NCBI GenBank assembly: GCA_044229145.1 | Contig: JBGATO010000011.1 | Coordinates: forward strand, 3,162 to 67,161 | DNA: 64,000 bases | Origin: Candidatus Eiseniibacteriota bacterium | GTDB taxonomy: Bacteria > Eisenbacteria > RBG-16-71-46 > CAZEPH01 | Direction of reading: 5' to 3' | In this document: positions 8,936 through 18,078 of the stretch, one piece after another | Layout of the letters: each line of letters starts with the position of its first letter | How positions within the stretch are numbered: position 1 is the first letter of the stretch | Made by a program: the position numbers and the translations under genes | Notes under the pieces: generated by a model | Databases searched by the model: none | Seen by the model: the letters and a program-made list of their open reading frames with translations, nothing else | Told to the model about the DNA's origin: nothing

Positions 8936-11337
8936 TCGACCACGAGTGCCCGTGTGTGCGGCGGCAATGCGAAGCGCAGCGCCCCGCCGGCGTCGCGCGA
9001 GAACGCCACCGCGCGATCATCGCAGGTGAGGCGGCGCGGTGTCACGGCGGCACCGTGCACCACCACGGTGCATGGACGCGCGCGCACCACGCCGGCGCAG
9101 AACTCGCCGATCCGTACGACGAACGCGTCGCGCGTCGCCGTCGTCCGCCAGCGCGTCACGCGCCAGCCGGCGGCGGGGTCGCCGTCGCCGGCATCTTCGT
9201 ACAGTTCGCTGGTGGCCTCGCCGCCGACGTACAGGTGCGCCTCGACCGCGCCCGTGGTGTCCTGCCCGACCCACTCCTGCGCCGGGCCCGTGAACACGAC
9301 CCCGCCGGCACGCGCGAACAGCGGGAGACCGCCGACGCCGCTGGTGTCGATGCCGGTCGCCGATTCGACACGCGGGGCCGGCACGACGACGGTGCGATCG
9401 CCGGCATACGACGGCCCATCGGGAAAGCGGTACCAGCGGCCGCGCGGCAACACGACGCGCCGCGTGTCCTCCTCCGGCGCGACGACTGGCGCGACGAGCA
9501 CGTGATCGCCGCAGAAGTACTCGTCGCCTGCCGTCCACAGCGAGGCGTCCTGGGGGCGATCCCAGAACAGCGGACGCATCACCGGCGCGCCGGTGTGGGC
9601 GTGCTGCCAGAACGCGGAGTAGAGGGTCGGCAGCAGCCGGTAGCGCAAGCCGAGGATCGCGCGGTTGGCGGCTTCGTACGGGGCACCGAACGCCCACGGT
9701 TCGCGACGCGGGCCTTGTCCGTCGGAGTGCACGCGGAAGAAGGGGAACAAGACGCCGGCTTGCAGGAAGCGCGTGAACATTTGCGGGGTCGGGTCGCCGG
9801 CATAGCCGCCGAGGTCGGCGCCGGCGAACGGCTGGCCGCTGAGTCCGAGTCCGGCCACCATCGGAATCGTGATCGCCAGGTGCGGCCACGTCGACACGTT
9901 ATCGCCAGTCCACTGCGCGGCGTAGCGCTGGATGCCGGAGTAGCCGGCGCGCGACAGCACGAATGGCCGCGCATCGGGCCGCGCGCGGCGCAGGCCGTCG
10001 AACGTCGCCCGCGCCATCAAGAGGCCATACTGATTGTGCACGAGGGCGTGCGAGGCTTCGCCGCCGGGGAAGCGCACGCTGTCGGGCATCGTCTTCACGC
10101 CGAACACCGACGGCTCGTTCATGTCGTTCCAGATACCGCGCACGCCGAGCGCCGCGACATCGCCATGCAGATTGCCCCACCACTCCCGCGTCGCGGCGGA
10201 GGTGAAATCGGGGAAGACGCAGTCGCCTGGCCACACGCGGCCGACGTACGGCGTGCCCTGCGGCGTGAGCGCGAACGCGCCACGGCGCAGTCCGTCGCGA
10301 TACACGGTGTATGCCGTGTCGACCTTCACGCCGGGATCGACGATCGGCACGAGCTTGAAGTTCTGCGCGGCGAGATCGCGCACCATCGCCGCGGGATGCG
10401 CGAATGCCAGGCTGTCCCAGGTGAAGACGCGAAAGCCCTGCATGTAGTGGATGTCGAGATGCAGCACGTCGCACGGGATGCGGCGATGGCGAAATTCCCA
10501 TGCGGTGCGGTACACCGCGCTTTCCGGCGTGTAACTGAATCGGCTCTGGTGGAAACCCAGCGCCCACAGCGGCGGCAGCGGTGCGCGGCCGGTCAACCGC
10601 GTGTACTGCGCGAGCACCTCCGCCATCGTCGGGCCCGGCAGCACGTACAGGCACAGGTCGCGGCCAGACGAGTCGTAGACGACATCGGGCGAGCCGCCCG
10701 CGAAGTCGAACGACGCCCGCGACGGATCATCGTAGAACATGCCGTGGACCAGCGAGTCATGGACCGCGAGGTACACGGGAAAGGACGAGTACAGCGGCCC
10801 GTCGCCGACGTTGTACTTGTAGGCGTCGGTGTTCCAGAGCGTGATGTGCTGTCGCGTGCGGTCGAGCGAGGTCGCCTGCTCGCCGAGGCCGGTGTACCGC
10901 GTCCCCTCGGCATGCACGATGGCATGGCGCACGCCGTCCGGCCGTAACGTCACGCCGCCCGCGTCGCGGAAGAGATCGTCGCCGTACTTGGTCGTCACGC
11001 GGAGTGCGAAGGGATGCTGGGCCACGCGCACCAGGCAGCCGGGCGCTGCGAACACCAGTGTGTCCCCGGCGACGCTGCGGCCGAGCGTCGCCGGCACCAG
11101 TGCCTCCCGCAGCACCGCAGGCGACCGGAGGGGCGCGAACGCGGTGTCCGCGGTGACGCGGATCCGCACGCCGATTTCGTCGAAGCCCTCGAGCAGCACC
11201 GTGCCGCGCGCGGTGACGAACGCCACGCCGGTCCCCGACGGCACGACGCGCCGCACGTCACCGAGGCTGCTGGGCGCGGCGTGCGCCGGCAGCCACGCGA
11301 GCACCAGCGCCGCGAGCGCGGCAGCGGCGTGTCTCAC
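8929..11337 (-). CDS. Secreted GH31 alpha-glucosidase-family hydrolase
   Basis: GTG 11337 overlaps the LOG stop (GTGA); signal peptide; PPLWALGFHQSR, LDIHYM, GIWNDMNEP (nucleophile), QWTGDN (acid/base). Confidence 0.92.
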   Translation of the reverse strand: MRHAAAALAALVLAWLPAHAAPSSLGDVRRVVPSGTGVAFVTARGTVLLEGFDEIGVRIRVTADTAFAPLRSPAVLREALVPATLGRSVAGDTLVFAAPGCLVRVAQHPFALRVTTKYGDDLFRDAGGVTLRPDGVRHAIVHAEGTRYTGLGEQATSLDRTRQHITLWNTDAYKYNVGDGPLYSSFPVYLAVHDSLVHGMFYDDPSRASFDFAGGSPDVVYDSSGRDLCLYVLPGPTMAEVLAQYTRLTGRAPLPPLWALGFHQSRFSYTPESAVYRTAWEFRHRRIPCDVLHLDIHYMQGFRVFTWDSLAFAHPAAMVRDLAAQNFKLVPIVDPGVKVDTAYTVYRDGLRRGAFALTPQGTPYVGRVWPGDCVFPDFTSAATREWWGNLHGDVAALGVRGIWNDMNEPSVFGVKTMPDSVRFPGGEASHALVHNQYGLLMARATFDGLRRARPDARPFVLSRAGYSGIQRYAAQWTGDNVSTWPHLAITIPMVAGLGLSGQPFAGADLGGYAGDPTPQMFTRFLQAGVLFPFFRVHSDGQGPRREPWAFGAPYEAANRAILGLRYRLLPTLYSAFWQHAHTGAPVMRPLFWDRPQDASLWTAGDEYFCGDHVLVAPVVAPEEDTRRVVLPRGRWYRFPDGPSYAGDRTVVVPAPRVESATGIDTSGVGGLPLFARAGGVVFTGPAQEWVGQDTTGAVEAHLYVGGEATSELYEDAGDGDPAAGWRVTRWRTTATRDAFVVRIGEFCAGVVRARPCTVVVHGAAVTPRRLTCDDRAVAFSRDAGGALRFALPPHTRALVVEW

Positions 11338-12182
11338 GACGCGCCCCGCGCGTACGCGCCGATCGCTTCCCACGCCTCCTCCGCGGTTTCGACGTAGTGG
11401 AACAAGTCGAGATCGTCCGGCGAGATGGTGCCGTCCGCGACCAGCGCCTCGAAGTCGATCACGCGGCTCCAATACTCGCGTCCGAACAGCAGCACCGGCA
11501 TCGGCGGCACCTTGCGCGTCTGCACGAGCGTCAGCGTCTCGAACAGTTCGTCGATGGTGCCGAAGCCGCCGGGAAACGCCACCATCGCCTTGGCGCGAAT
11601 CAAGAAGTGCATCTTGCGGATCGCGAAGTAGTGGAATTGGAAACAGAGGTCCGGCGTGATGAACGGATTCGGCTCCTGCTCGAAGGGGAGCGTGATATTG
11701 AGACCGATCGACTTCGCCCCGACATCGTGTGCTCCGCGGTTGGCGGCCTCCATGATGCCCGGACCGCCCCCGGTCATGATGACGTAATCGCATTGCCCGT
11801 CGCGCTGGCAGGCACCGGAGACGATGCGCGCGAAACGCCGCGCCTCTTCGTAATAGTGCGAAAGTTCGACCCGGCGCGCGGCGATGCGGACGGCCTGAGC
11901 GGCGCGCGCATCGTGCGGTGCCGCGGCGGCGGCGGCACGCGCATCCGCCAGCGCTGCCTCCGCGGCTTCGCGTTCGACGATGCGCGTCGAGCCGAACACC
12001 ACGATCGTCGAGGCGATGCTGTGTGCCTCGAGTTCGAGTTGCGGTTTCAAGAGTTCGAGTTGCAGGCGCACCGGGCGCAGTGCATCGCGATTCAAGAAAT
12101 CGATGTCCTTGTACGCGACGCGATACGACGGCGAATCGAGAATCGCGGCGCGCGCCGCAGTGGGCGAAAAGCTCTCCGACAT
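11334..12182 (-). CDS. LOG family nucleotide phosphoribohydrolase (long form)
   Basis: GAGGAG RBS; VVFGSTR, TGGGPGIMEAANRGA, FAIRK, FPGGFGTIDE. Confidence 0.9.
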   Translation of the reverse strand: MSESFSPTAARAAILDSPSYRVAYKDIDFLNRDALRPVRLQLELLKPQLELEAHSIASTIVVFGSTRIVEREAAEAALADARAAAAAAPHDARAAQAVRIAARRVELSHYYEEARRFARIVSGACQRDGQCDYVIMTGGGPGIMEAANRGAHDVGAKSIGLNITLPFEQEPNPFITPDLCFQFHYFAIRKMHFLIRAKAMVAFPGGFGTIDELFETLTLVQTRKVPPMPVLLFGREYWSRVIDFEALVADGTISPDDLDLFHYVETAEEAWEAIGAYARGAS

Positions 12183-12418
12183 CTTGCATCTCCTCGCGTC
12201 GTGCGCGGCCGACGCCGCGCGCACGGTGCCAACCAGGACCGCTCGCGGAGTCTGCGCCCTAAGGACCACGGAAGGAAGTCCCGATGCGGTTCTAGCATGC
12301 AAAGTGTCAGACGAGGCGCGGCGAGGCAGTGTGCTCGCCGCTTCCGAGACGCCGATCCCGAGCCTCGCGAAGGAGCCGTCTGACGGCTGCGACCGATCGG
12401 GATGCGAAGGCACTGGTA

Positions 12419-12796
12419 ATGCACGAAGTGAGCATCGCCCGCCAACTGCTGGCGGCCGTGAAGGACCACAGCACCCGCCCGCGCGGTGACCCGCCGGCGC
12501 GGCTGACGCGGATCGTGATCCGCGTGGGAGAGTTGGCCGGTGTGGCGCCGGATGCAGTGACGTTTGCTTTTGCCTGCCTTGCGCACGATACCCCGTGGGC
12601 CGGAGTGCCCGTGGACTGCGAGACGGTTCCCCTGACCGTCGCCTGCGACGCGTGTGGCGCGATCACGCCGGTTGTAAACCTGGTGTTTCGGTGCGCTGCG
12701 TGCGCCTCGCCCTCTACCCGCATCGTCTCTGGCCGTGAACTGGAACTCCGCGCCCTGGAGTTCGCCGAGGAGGAGCTTCCCTGTGAGCACCGTTGA
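12419..12796 (+). CDS. hypA: Hydrogenase nickel metallochaperone HypA
   Basis: N-terminal MHE; CDAC...CAAC; SGREL. Confidence 0.93.
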   Translation: MHEVSIARQLLAAVKDHSTRPRGDPPARLTRIVIRVGELAGVAPDAVTFAFACLAHDTPWAGVPVDCETVPLTVACDACGAITPVVNLVFRCAACASPSTRIVSGRELELRALEFAEEELPCEHR

Positions 12797-13466
12797 TGTG
12801 GCCGTTCCCTTGATGGCAGCCAACGACGCCGTCGCCCGCGATCATCGCGCGATGTTCGCGGCGCGCGGCATCTACGCACTCAACTTGATGAGCGGGCCGG
12901 GCGCCGGCAAGACCTCGCTGCTCGAAGGCGTGCTGCCGCTACTCGCGGCGCGCTACACGTGCGCCGTGCTGGAAGGCGACATCGCCGGACATGCCGACGC
13001 GGACCGTCTGCGCGGCACCGGGGCGCGCGTCGCCCAAGTCAATACCGGTGCCGAGTGCCACCTCGAAGCGCAGATGATCCACGACACGCTCGTCGAGCTC
13101 AGCGTGCGCGACCCTGAGTTGGTCGTGATCGAGAACGTCGGCAATCTCGTGTGCCCGGCCGAATTCGATCTCGGCGAAGACGACTGCGTGATGGTGCTCT
13201 CGGTGACCGAAGGGCACGACAAGCCGAAGAAGTATCCCTTGATGTTCCGGCACGCGCGGCTGCTCGTGCTCAACAAGATCGATCTGCTGCCCTACACCAA
13301 CTTCGACCTCGAGGCGGCGGTGCGCGATGCACGCGACCTGCACCCGGGGATCGAAGTGCTGGCGGTGTCGTGCCGCACCGGCGAAGGGCTGCCCGAACTC
13401 GCCGCGTGGATCGAAGAGCGCATGGCCGCGAAAGCCGCGACCGCGGTGCGCGAGGAGGTTTCGTGA
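12783..13466 (+). CDS. hypB: Hydrogenase nickel-incorporation GTPase HypB
   Basis: SGPGAGKT, CHL, ENVGNLVCPAEFDLGE, DKPKKYP, NKIDL. Confidence 0.95.
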   Translation: MSTVDVAVPLMAANDAVARDHRAMFAARGIYALNLMSGPGAGKTSLLEGVLPLLAARYTCAVLEGDIAGHADADRLRGTGARVAQVNTGAECHLEAQMIHDTLVELSVRDPELVVIENVGNLVCPAEFDLGEDDCVMVLSVTEGHDKPKKYPLMFRHARLLVLNKIDLLPYTNFDLEAAVRDARDLHPGIEVLAVSCRTGEGLPELAAWIEERMAAKAATAVREEVS

Positions 13467-14662
13467 ACGCACATCCGCCCGACACCCTGACGATGACGGC
13501 GCCGGCACCGCACGGCGCCACCCGGGAGGGGCCGCCGCACGTGTTCGGCCCCGAGGGACTCGACGCCTTGCTCGACGCCCTGCGCGCCGACGGCTACACC
13601 ACCGTGGGGCCGCGTCTGCGCGACGGTGCGGTGGTCTACGACGCGATCACGCGCTACGCCGACCTGCCGATTGGCTGGCAGGACACGCAGGAGCCCGCGT
13701 CCTCGCGCCTCGCCAAGACCGGCGGCCGCACGTTCTTCGGCGTGACCCTCGGGGCGCACCCGTGGAAGCGCTTCTTCTATCCGCCGAAGACGCAGGTGTT
13801 CGCGCTGCGGCGACACGGGCGCAGCTTCGTGCCGGTGGACGCCGTGATGGCGCCGGCGCCGCGTTACGCGTTGATTGGGCCGCGGGCGTGCGAACTCGTC
13901 GCGATCGCGCGCCAGGACCGTGTGTTGCGCGATGGCTTCACGCCCGATCCGCTCTACACGCAGCGCCGCGCCGACAGCTTCATCGTCGCCGTGAATTGCA
14001 CGCGCTGCGTCTCGACGTGCTTTTGCGTGTCGCAAGGCACCGGCCCGTGCGCGCAGAGCGGCTACGACCTGGCGCTGACCGAACTCGTCGACGGCGACCG
14101 TCACCAGTTCGTCTGCGACATCGGCACCGCGCGCGGGGCCGCGGTGTTGGCACGCATCAGCGCGAAGGCGGCGACCGCGACGGAGCTGCACGACGCCGAA
14201 CACGCGCGGCTCGCCGCCGAGGCGCAAACCCGCCGCCTGCCGGCCGCGCCGCTCTTGCATGACACGCTGCTGGCGCGCGCCGAACACCCGCACTGGGACG
14301 ACATCGCACGCCGCTGCATGAGTTGCGGCGCCTGTACGGTGTCGTGTCCGACCTGCTTCTGCAGCACCACCACCGACAGCACCGACATCCCGGGCGACAC
14401 CCTGACCCGCTGGCGGCTGTGGGATTCGTGCTTCTCGCTCGACTTTTCGTACATCCACGGCGGCAGCGTGCGGGCCTCGGGCCGCTCGCGCTACCGGCAG
14501 TGGATGACGCACAAGCTCGCCACCTGGATCGACCAGTTTGGGTCGTCGGGATGCGTCGGTTGCGGCCGTTGCATCGCCTGGTGCCCGGTGGGGATCGACA
14601 TCACCGCGGAAGCCGCCGCCCTCACGCGGCCGCACGAGGAGACTGTCCATGCACACTCTTGA
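13463..14662 (+). CDS. Group 3b [NiFe] hydrogenase (sulfhydrogenase) beta subunit, 4Fe-4S protein
   Basis: [49 protein letters not shown]; first structural gene of the operon. Confidence 0.9.
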   Translation: MNAHPPDTLTMTAPAPHGATREGPPHVFGPEGLDALLDALRADGYTTVGPRLRDGAVVYDAITRYADLPIGWQDTQEPASSRLAKTGGRTFFGVTLGAHPWKRFFYPPKTQVFALRRHGRSFVPVDAVMAPAPRYALIGPRACELVAIARQDRVLRDGFTPDPLYTQRRADSFIVAVNCTRCVSTCFCVSQGTGPCAQSGYDLALTELVDGDRHQFVCDIGTARGAAVLARISAKAATATELHDAEHARLAAEAQTRRLPAAPLLHDTLLARAEHPHWDDIARRCMSCGACTVSCPTCFCSTTTDSTDIPGDTLTRWRLWDSCFSLDFSYIHGGSVRASGRSRYRQWMTHKLATWIDQFGSSGCVGCGRCIAWCPVGIDITAEAAALTRPHEETVHAHS

Positions 14663-15110
14663 GTCGTTGCTGCCCGCGTATCCCTTCCAGCAGGGCCTCA
14701 AGCCGGAGCACCTGCACCTGATGGCGGGATGCGCCTCGAACGTCGTGTTCAAGCCCGGTGAAATGATCGTGCGCGAAGGCGAGGTCGCCGATCGCTTCTA
14801 CGGCATTCGCCATGGCAAGGCCTTGATCGAAGTGTTCGTCCCCGGCCGCGGCGCGGTGCAGATCCAGACCATCGACGAAGGCGAGATGGTCGGCTTCTCG
14901 TGGCTGGTGCCGCCCCACATCATTCGCTACGACGTGCGCGCGCTTGTGCTGACCCGCGCCACCTCGTTCGACGCCGAATGCCTGCGCCGCAAGTGCGAAG
15001 AAGATACGACTCTGGGATACGAACTCATGAAGCGGGTGTGCGAAACGATGGCCCAGCGTCTCGAGGCCACCCGTCTGCAAATCGTGGATATCTATGGACA
15101 CCGGAGCTGA
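14649..15110 (+). CDS. Stand-alone cyclic-nucleotide-binding (Crp-type effector) domain protein without HTH
   Basis: [33 protein letters not shown]; 153 aa; overlaps both neighbours. Confidence 0.85.
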   Translation: MHTLESLLPAYPFQQGLKPEHLHLMAGCASNVVFKPGEMIVREGEVADRFYGIRHGKALIEVFVPGRGAVQIQTIDEGEMVGFSWLVPPHIIRYDVRALVLTRATSFDAECLRRKCEEDTTLGYELMKRVCETMAQRLEATRLQIVDIYGHRS

Positions 15111-15978
15111 CCTGCTGACCGCGCCGGTGCCCGACACGACCTGTGATCACAGTGGCGACTGGATGCAACCGGTCCTGCACGAGGTCGTGAGCACGCGGCG
15201 CGAAAATCCCGACACCGTCACCCTGGACCTCCGCCCGCTCGACGGCGGCGAGTGCCCATCGTACACGCCCGGCCAGTGCAACATGCTGAGCGTGTTCGGC
15301 ATCGGCGAGGTCCCCATTTCCATCAGCGGCGATCCTGCCAAGCGCGACGTCTACACCCACACGATTCGCGGCGTCGGCGCCGTCACGCGCGCGTTCTGCG
15401 CGATGAAGCCGGGCGCCGTGGTCGGCGTGCGGGGCCCGTACGGACGCGGCTGGCCGGTGGCCGAGGCGGAAGGTCTCGATTTGGTGTTCGTCGCCGGCGG
15501 TATCGGCCTGGCGCCGTTGCGTCCGGCGCTCTACGCCGCGCTCGCGCACCGCGAACGCTTCGGCAAGATCGTCGTCCTGCTCGGTGCGCGCTTGCCGGAA
15601 GACCTCCTCTACAAATCGGAAGTGCAGAAGTGGCGCGCGCGGTTCGACGTCGGTGTCGAGATCACCGTGGACTCGGCGCGCGACGGCTGGCGCGGCGACG
15701 TTGGCGTGGTGACGCGCCTGATTCCGCGCGTCGGCTTCGACCCGTTGCACGCGGCGGCGTTCGTGTGCGGCCCCGACATCATGATGCGCTACGCGGCGCA
15801 GGACTTGGTGAAGCGGGGCGTCGACCCGGCGCGTATCGCGGTGTCGTTGGAACGCAATATGAAGTGCATGATCGGCCAGTGCGGGCACTGTCAGATCGGC
15901 GCGTGGTTCCCCTGCGTCGACGGACCGGTGTTTCCGTACGCCACGGTCGAGCGGATCATGCGCATGCGGGAGGTGTGA
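15094..15978 (+). CDS. Group 3b hydrogenase gamma subunit (FAD/NAD(P)-binding, 2Fe-2S)
   Basis: PGQCNML, GEVPISIS, GVRGPYG, AGGIGLAPLR, VCGP, ERNMKCMIGQCGHC...CVDGPVF. Confidence 0.92.
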   Translation: MDTGADLLTAPVPDTTCDHSGDWMQPVLHEVVSTRRENPDTVTLDLRPLDGGECPSYTPGQCNMLSVFGIGEVPISISGDPAKRDVYTHTIRGVGAVTRAFCAMKPGAVVGVRGPYGRGWPVAEAEGLDLVFVAGGIGLAPLRPALYAALAHRERFGKIVVLLGARLPEDLLYKSEVQKWRARFDVGVEITVDSARDGWRGDVGVVTRLIPRVGFDPLHAAAFVCGPDIMMRYAAQDLVKRGVDPARIAVSLERNMKCMIGQCGHCQIGAWFPCVDGPVFPYATVERIMRMREV

Positions 15979-16760
15979 TGGCGACGCTCGCGCGCAAACC
16001 CAAGATCGCGGTGTGGAAGTTCGCCTCCTGCGACGGCTGCCAACTGACGCTGCTCAACTGCGAGGACGCGCTGCTCGACCTCGCGGGTGCGGTCGACATC
16101 GCCTACTTTCCCGAAGCCTCGCGGCGGATGGAGAAGGGGCCGTTCGACATCTCGCTCATCGAAGGCTCGGTGAGTTCGCCGGCCGACCTGCTGCGGGTCG
16201 TCCACGTGCGCAAGGTGTCGAAGGTGCTGATCACCATCGGCGCCTGCGCGACGGCGGGCGGCGTGCAGTCGATCCGCAATTGGCACGACGTCCGCGAGTA
16301 TCTGCGGCTCGTCTATCAGCATCCCGACGATGTCGAGACGCTCGAGAAGTCGACGCCGATCGGCGAATACGTCCGCGTGGAGCATGAGCTGCGCGGCTGC
16401 CCGATCAATCGCGACCAGTTGCTCGAATTGCTCACCGCGTTGTTGTTCGGACGCCAGCCGCAGATCGCACGCCACAGCTTGTGCATCGACTGCCGCCGCC
16501 TCGGCATCCCGTGCGTGATGGTGTCGCAGGGCACGCCGTGCCTCGGCGGTGTCACGCAGACCGGCTGCGGCGCGTTGTGCCCGTCGTTCGGACGCGGCTG
16601 TTACGGATGTTTTGGCCCCATGGAATCGGCACACCCCGAGCCGCTCAGCGCACGCTGGAAGGAGCTGGGGCGCACCGAGCCGGAACTCGTCCGCGCGTAC
16701 CGCACCTTCAATGCGCACGCGGCGGCCTTCCGGCGGGAGAGTGAAGCGCATGAGTCCTAA
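15978..16760 (+). CDS. Group 3b hydrogenase delta (small) subunit
   Basis: TGATG coupling; KFASCDGCQL, IEGS, IGACATAGG, GCP; C-terminal Cys cluster. Confidence 0.92.
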   Translation: MATLARKPKIAVWKFASCDGCQLTLLNCEDALLDLAGAVDIAYFPEASRRMEKGPFDISLIEGSVSSPADLLRVVHVRKVSKVLITIGACATAGGVQSIRNWHDVREYLRLVYQHPDDVETLEKSTPIGEYVRVEHELRGCPINRDQLLELLTALLFGRQPQIARHSLCIDCRRLGIPCVMVSQGTPCLGGVTQTGCGALCPSFGRGCYGCFGPMESAHPEPLSARWKELGRTEPELVRAYRTFNAHAAAFRRESEAHES

Positions 16761-18078
16761 GACCGAATTCCCCAAGGCGGTCACCATCACGGTCGATCCG
16801 CTCGCCCGCATCGAAGGCGAGGCCGCGCTCGACGTCAAGCTGCGGGACGGCAAGGTGCACGACGTCAAGTTGCGCATCTTCGAGCCGCCGCGCTTCTTCG
16901 AGGCGTTCCTGCGCGGCCGCGCGTTCACCGAGGCGCCCGACATCACCGCGCGCATCTGCGGCATCTGCCCGATCGCCTACCAGATGGCGAGCGTCCACGC
17001 GATGGAACACGCACGTGGGGTCACCATCTCGCCGGAGATTCGCGCACTGCGTCGCCTGCTGTATTGCGGTGAGTGGATCGAGAGCCACGCGCTCCACATC
17101 CACCTGTTGCACGCGCCGGACTTCCTCGGCTACGAGGACGGCGTGGCGATGGCCGCCGATCATCCCGAGGTGGTCACCGCCGGCCTCATGATGAAGAAGC
17201 TCGGCAACGAGCTGATGTCGGTCATCGGCGGGCGTGAAGTGCATCCCGTCAACGTGCGGGTCGGCGGCTTCTACAAGGCGCCCAGCCGCGAGGCGCTGCG
17301 CGCGTTGTTGCCGCGCCTCCAAGAAGCGCGCGACGCGGCGGAGCGCACGGTGGCGTTCACGGCGGGCCTCACCATGCATCCGCTCGAGCGCGACATGGTG
17401 TTCGTCGCCGTCTCGCATCCCACCGAGTATCCGATGAACGAAGGGCGCATCCTGGCGAGCGACGGACTCGACATCGATGTGTCCGAGTACGAACAGCACT
17501 ATCACGAAGACCACCGCGTCCACTCGAACGCGCTGCACTCGCACCGCGACGAGAACTTGCACTATGCGGTGGGGCCGCTGGCACGTTTCAACCTGCACTT
17601 CGCCAAGCTGACGCCGCGGGCGCGGCACGCGGCGGAGAAGGCGGGCGTGACGCCGCCGGTGACCAATCCGTTCCGCAGCATCGTCGTGCGCAGCATCGAG
17701 TTGTTGCACGCGCTCGACGAGGCGGTGCAGATCATCGAGGGCTACGTGCCGCCGGACCCGGCATGGATTCCGGTGGAGCCCGGCCCGGGCACCGGCGCGG
17801 CGGCCACCGAGGCGCCGCGCGGCATGATCTACCACCGCTACACGCTCGACGACGACGGACTGATTCAGAAGGCCGTCATCGTTCCCCCCACGGCACAGAA
17901 TCTGCCGACCATCGAGGATGACTTGCGGGAGTTCCTCGCCGCGCGTCTCGACTGGCCGAAGGACAAGCTGACATGGCACTGCGAGCAGACGGTCCGCAAC
18001 TACGACCCATGCATCTCGTGCGCGACGCACAGTCTGCGACTGCACTTCGTGGAGGAGACGGCGGCGGACGGCACGTAG
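16750..18078 (+). CDS. Group 3b [NiFe] hydrogenase alpha (large catalytic) subunit
   Basis: RIEGE, L1 motif ARICGICP, EAPRG, L2 motif DPCISCATH followed by a 15-aa cleavable extension. Confidence 0.95.
   Translation: MSPKTEFPKAVTITVDPLARIEGEAALDVKLRDGKVHDVKLRIFEPPRFFEAFLRGRAFTEAPDITARICGICPIAYQMASVHAMEHARGVTISPEIRALRRLLYCGEWIESHALHIHLLHAPDFLGYEDGVAMAADHPEVVTAGLMMKKLGNELMSVIGGREVHPVNVRVGGFYKAPSREALRALLPRLQEARDAAERTVAFTAGLTMHPLERDMVFVAVSHPTEYPMNEGRILASDGLDIDVSEYEQHYHEDHRVHSNALHSHRDENLHYAVGPLARFNLHFAKLTPRARHAAEKAGVTPPVTNPFRSIVVRSIELLHALDEAVQIIEGYVPPDPAWIPVEPGPGTGAAATEAPRGMIYHRYTLDDDGLIQKAVIVPPTAQNLPTIEDDLREFLAARLDWPKDKLTWHCEQTVRNYDPCISCATHSLRLHFVEETAADGT

Noticed and set aside
8929-12189. Apparent 1086-aa N-terminally extended GH31
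   Set aside because: The extension overlaps LOG in another frame; the signal peptide starts at GTG 11337.
12255-12285. Possible DosR-like box upstream of hypA (TAAGGAC...AGTCCCGA)
   Set aside because: The half-sites are 11 nt apart rather than about 4; not supportable.
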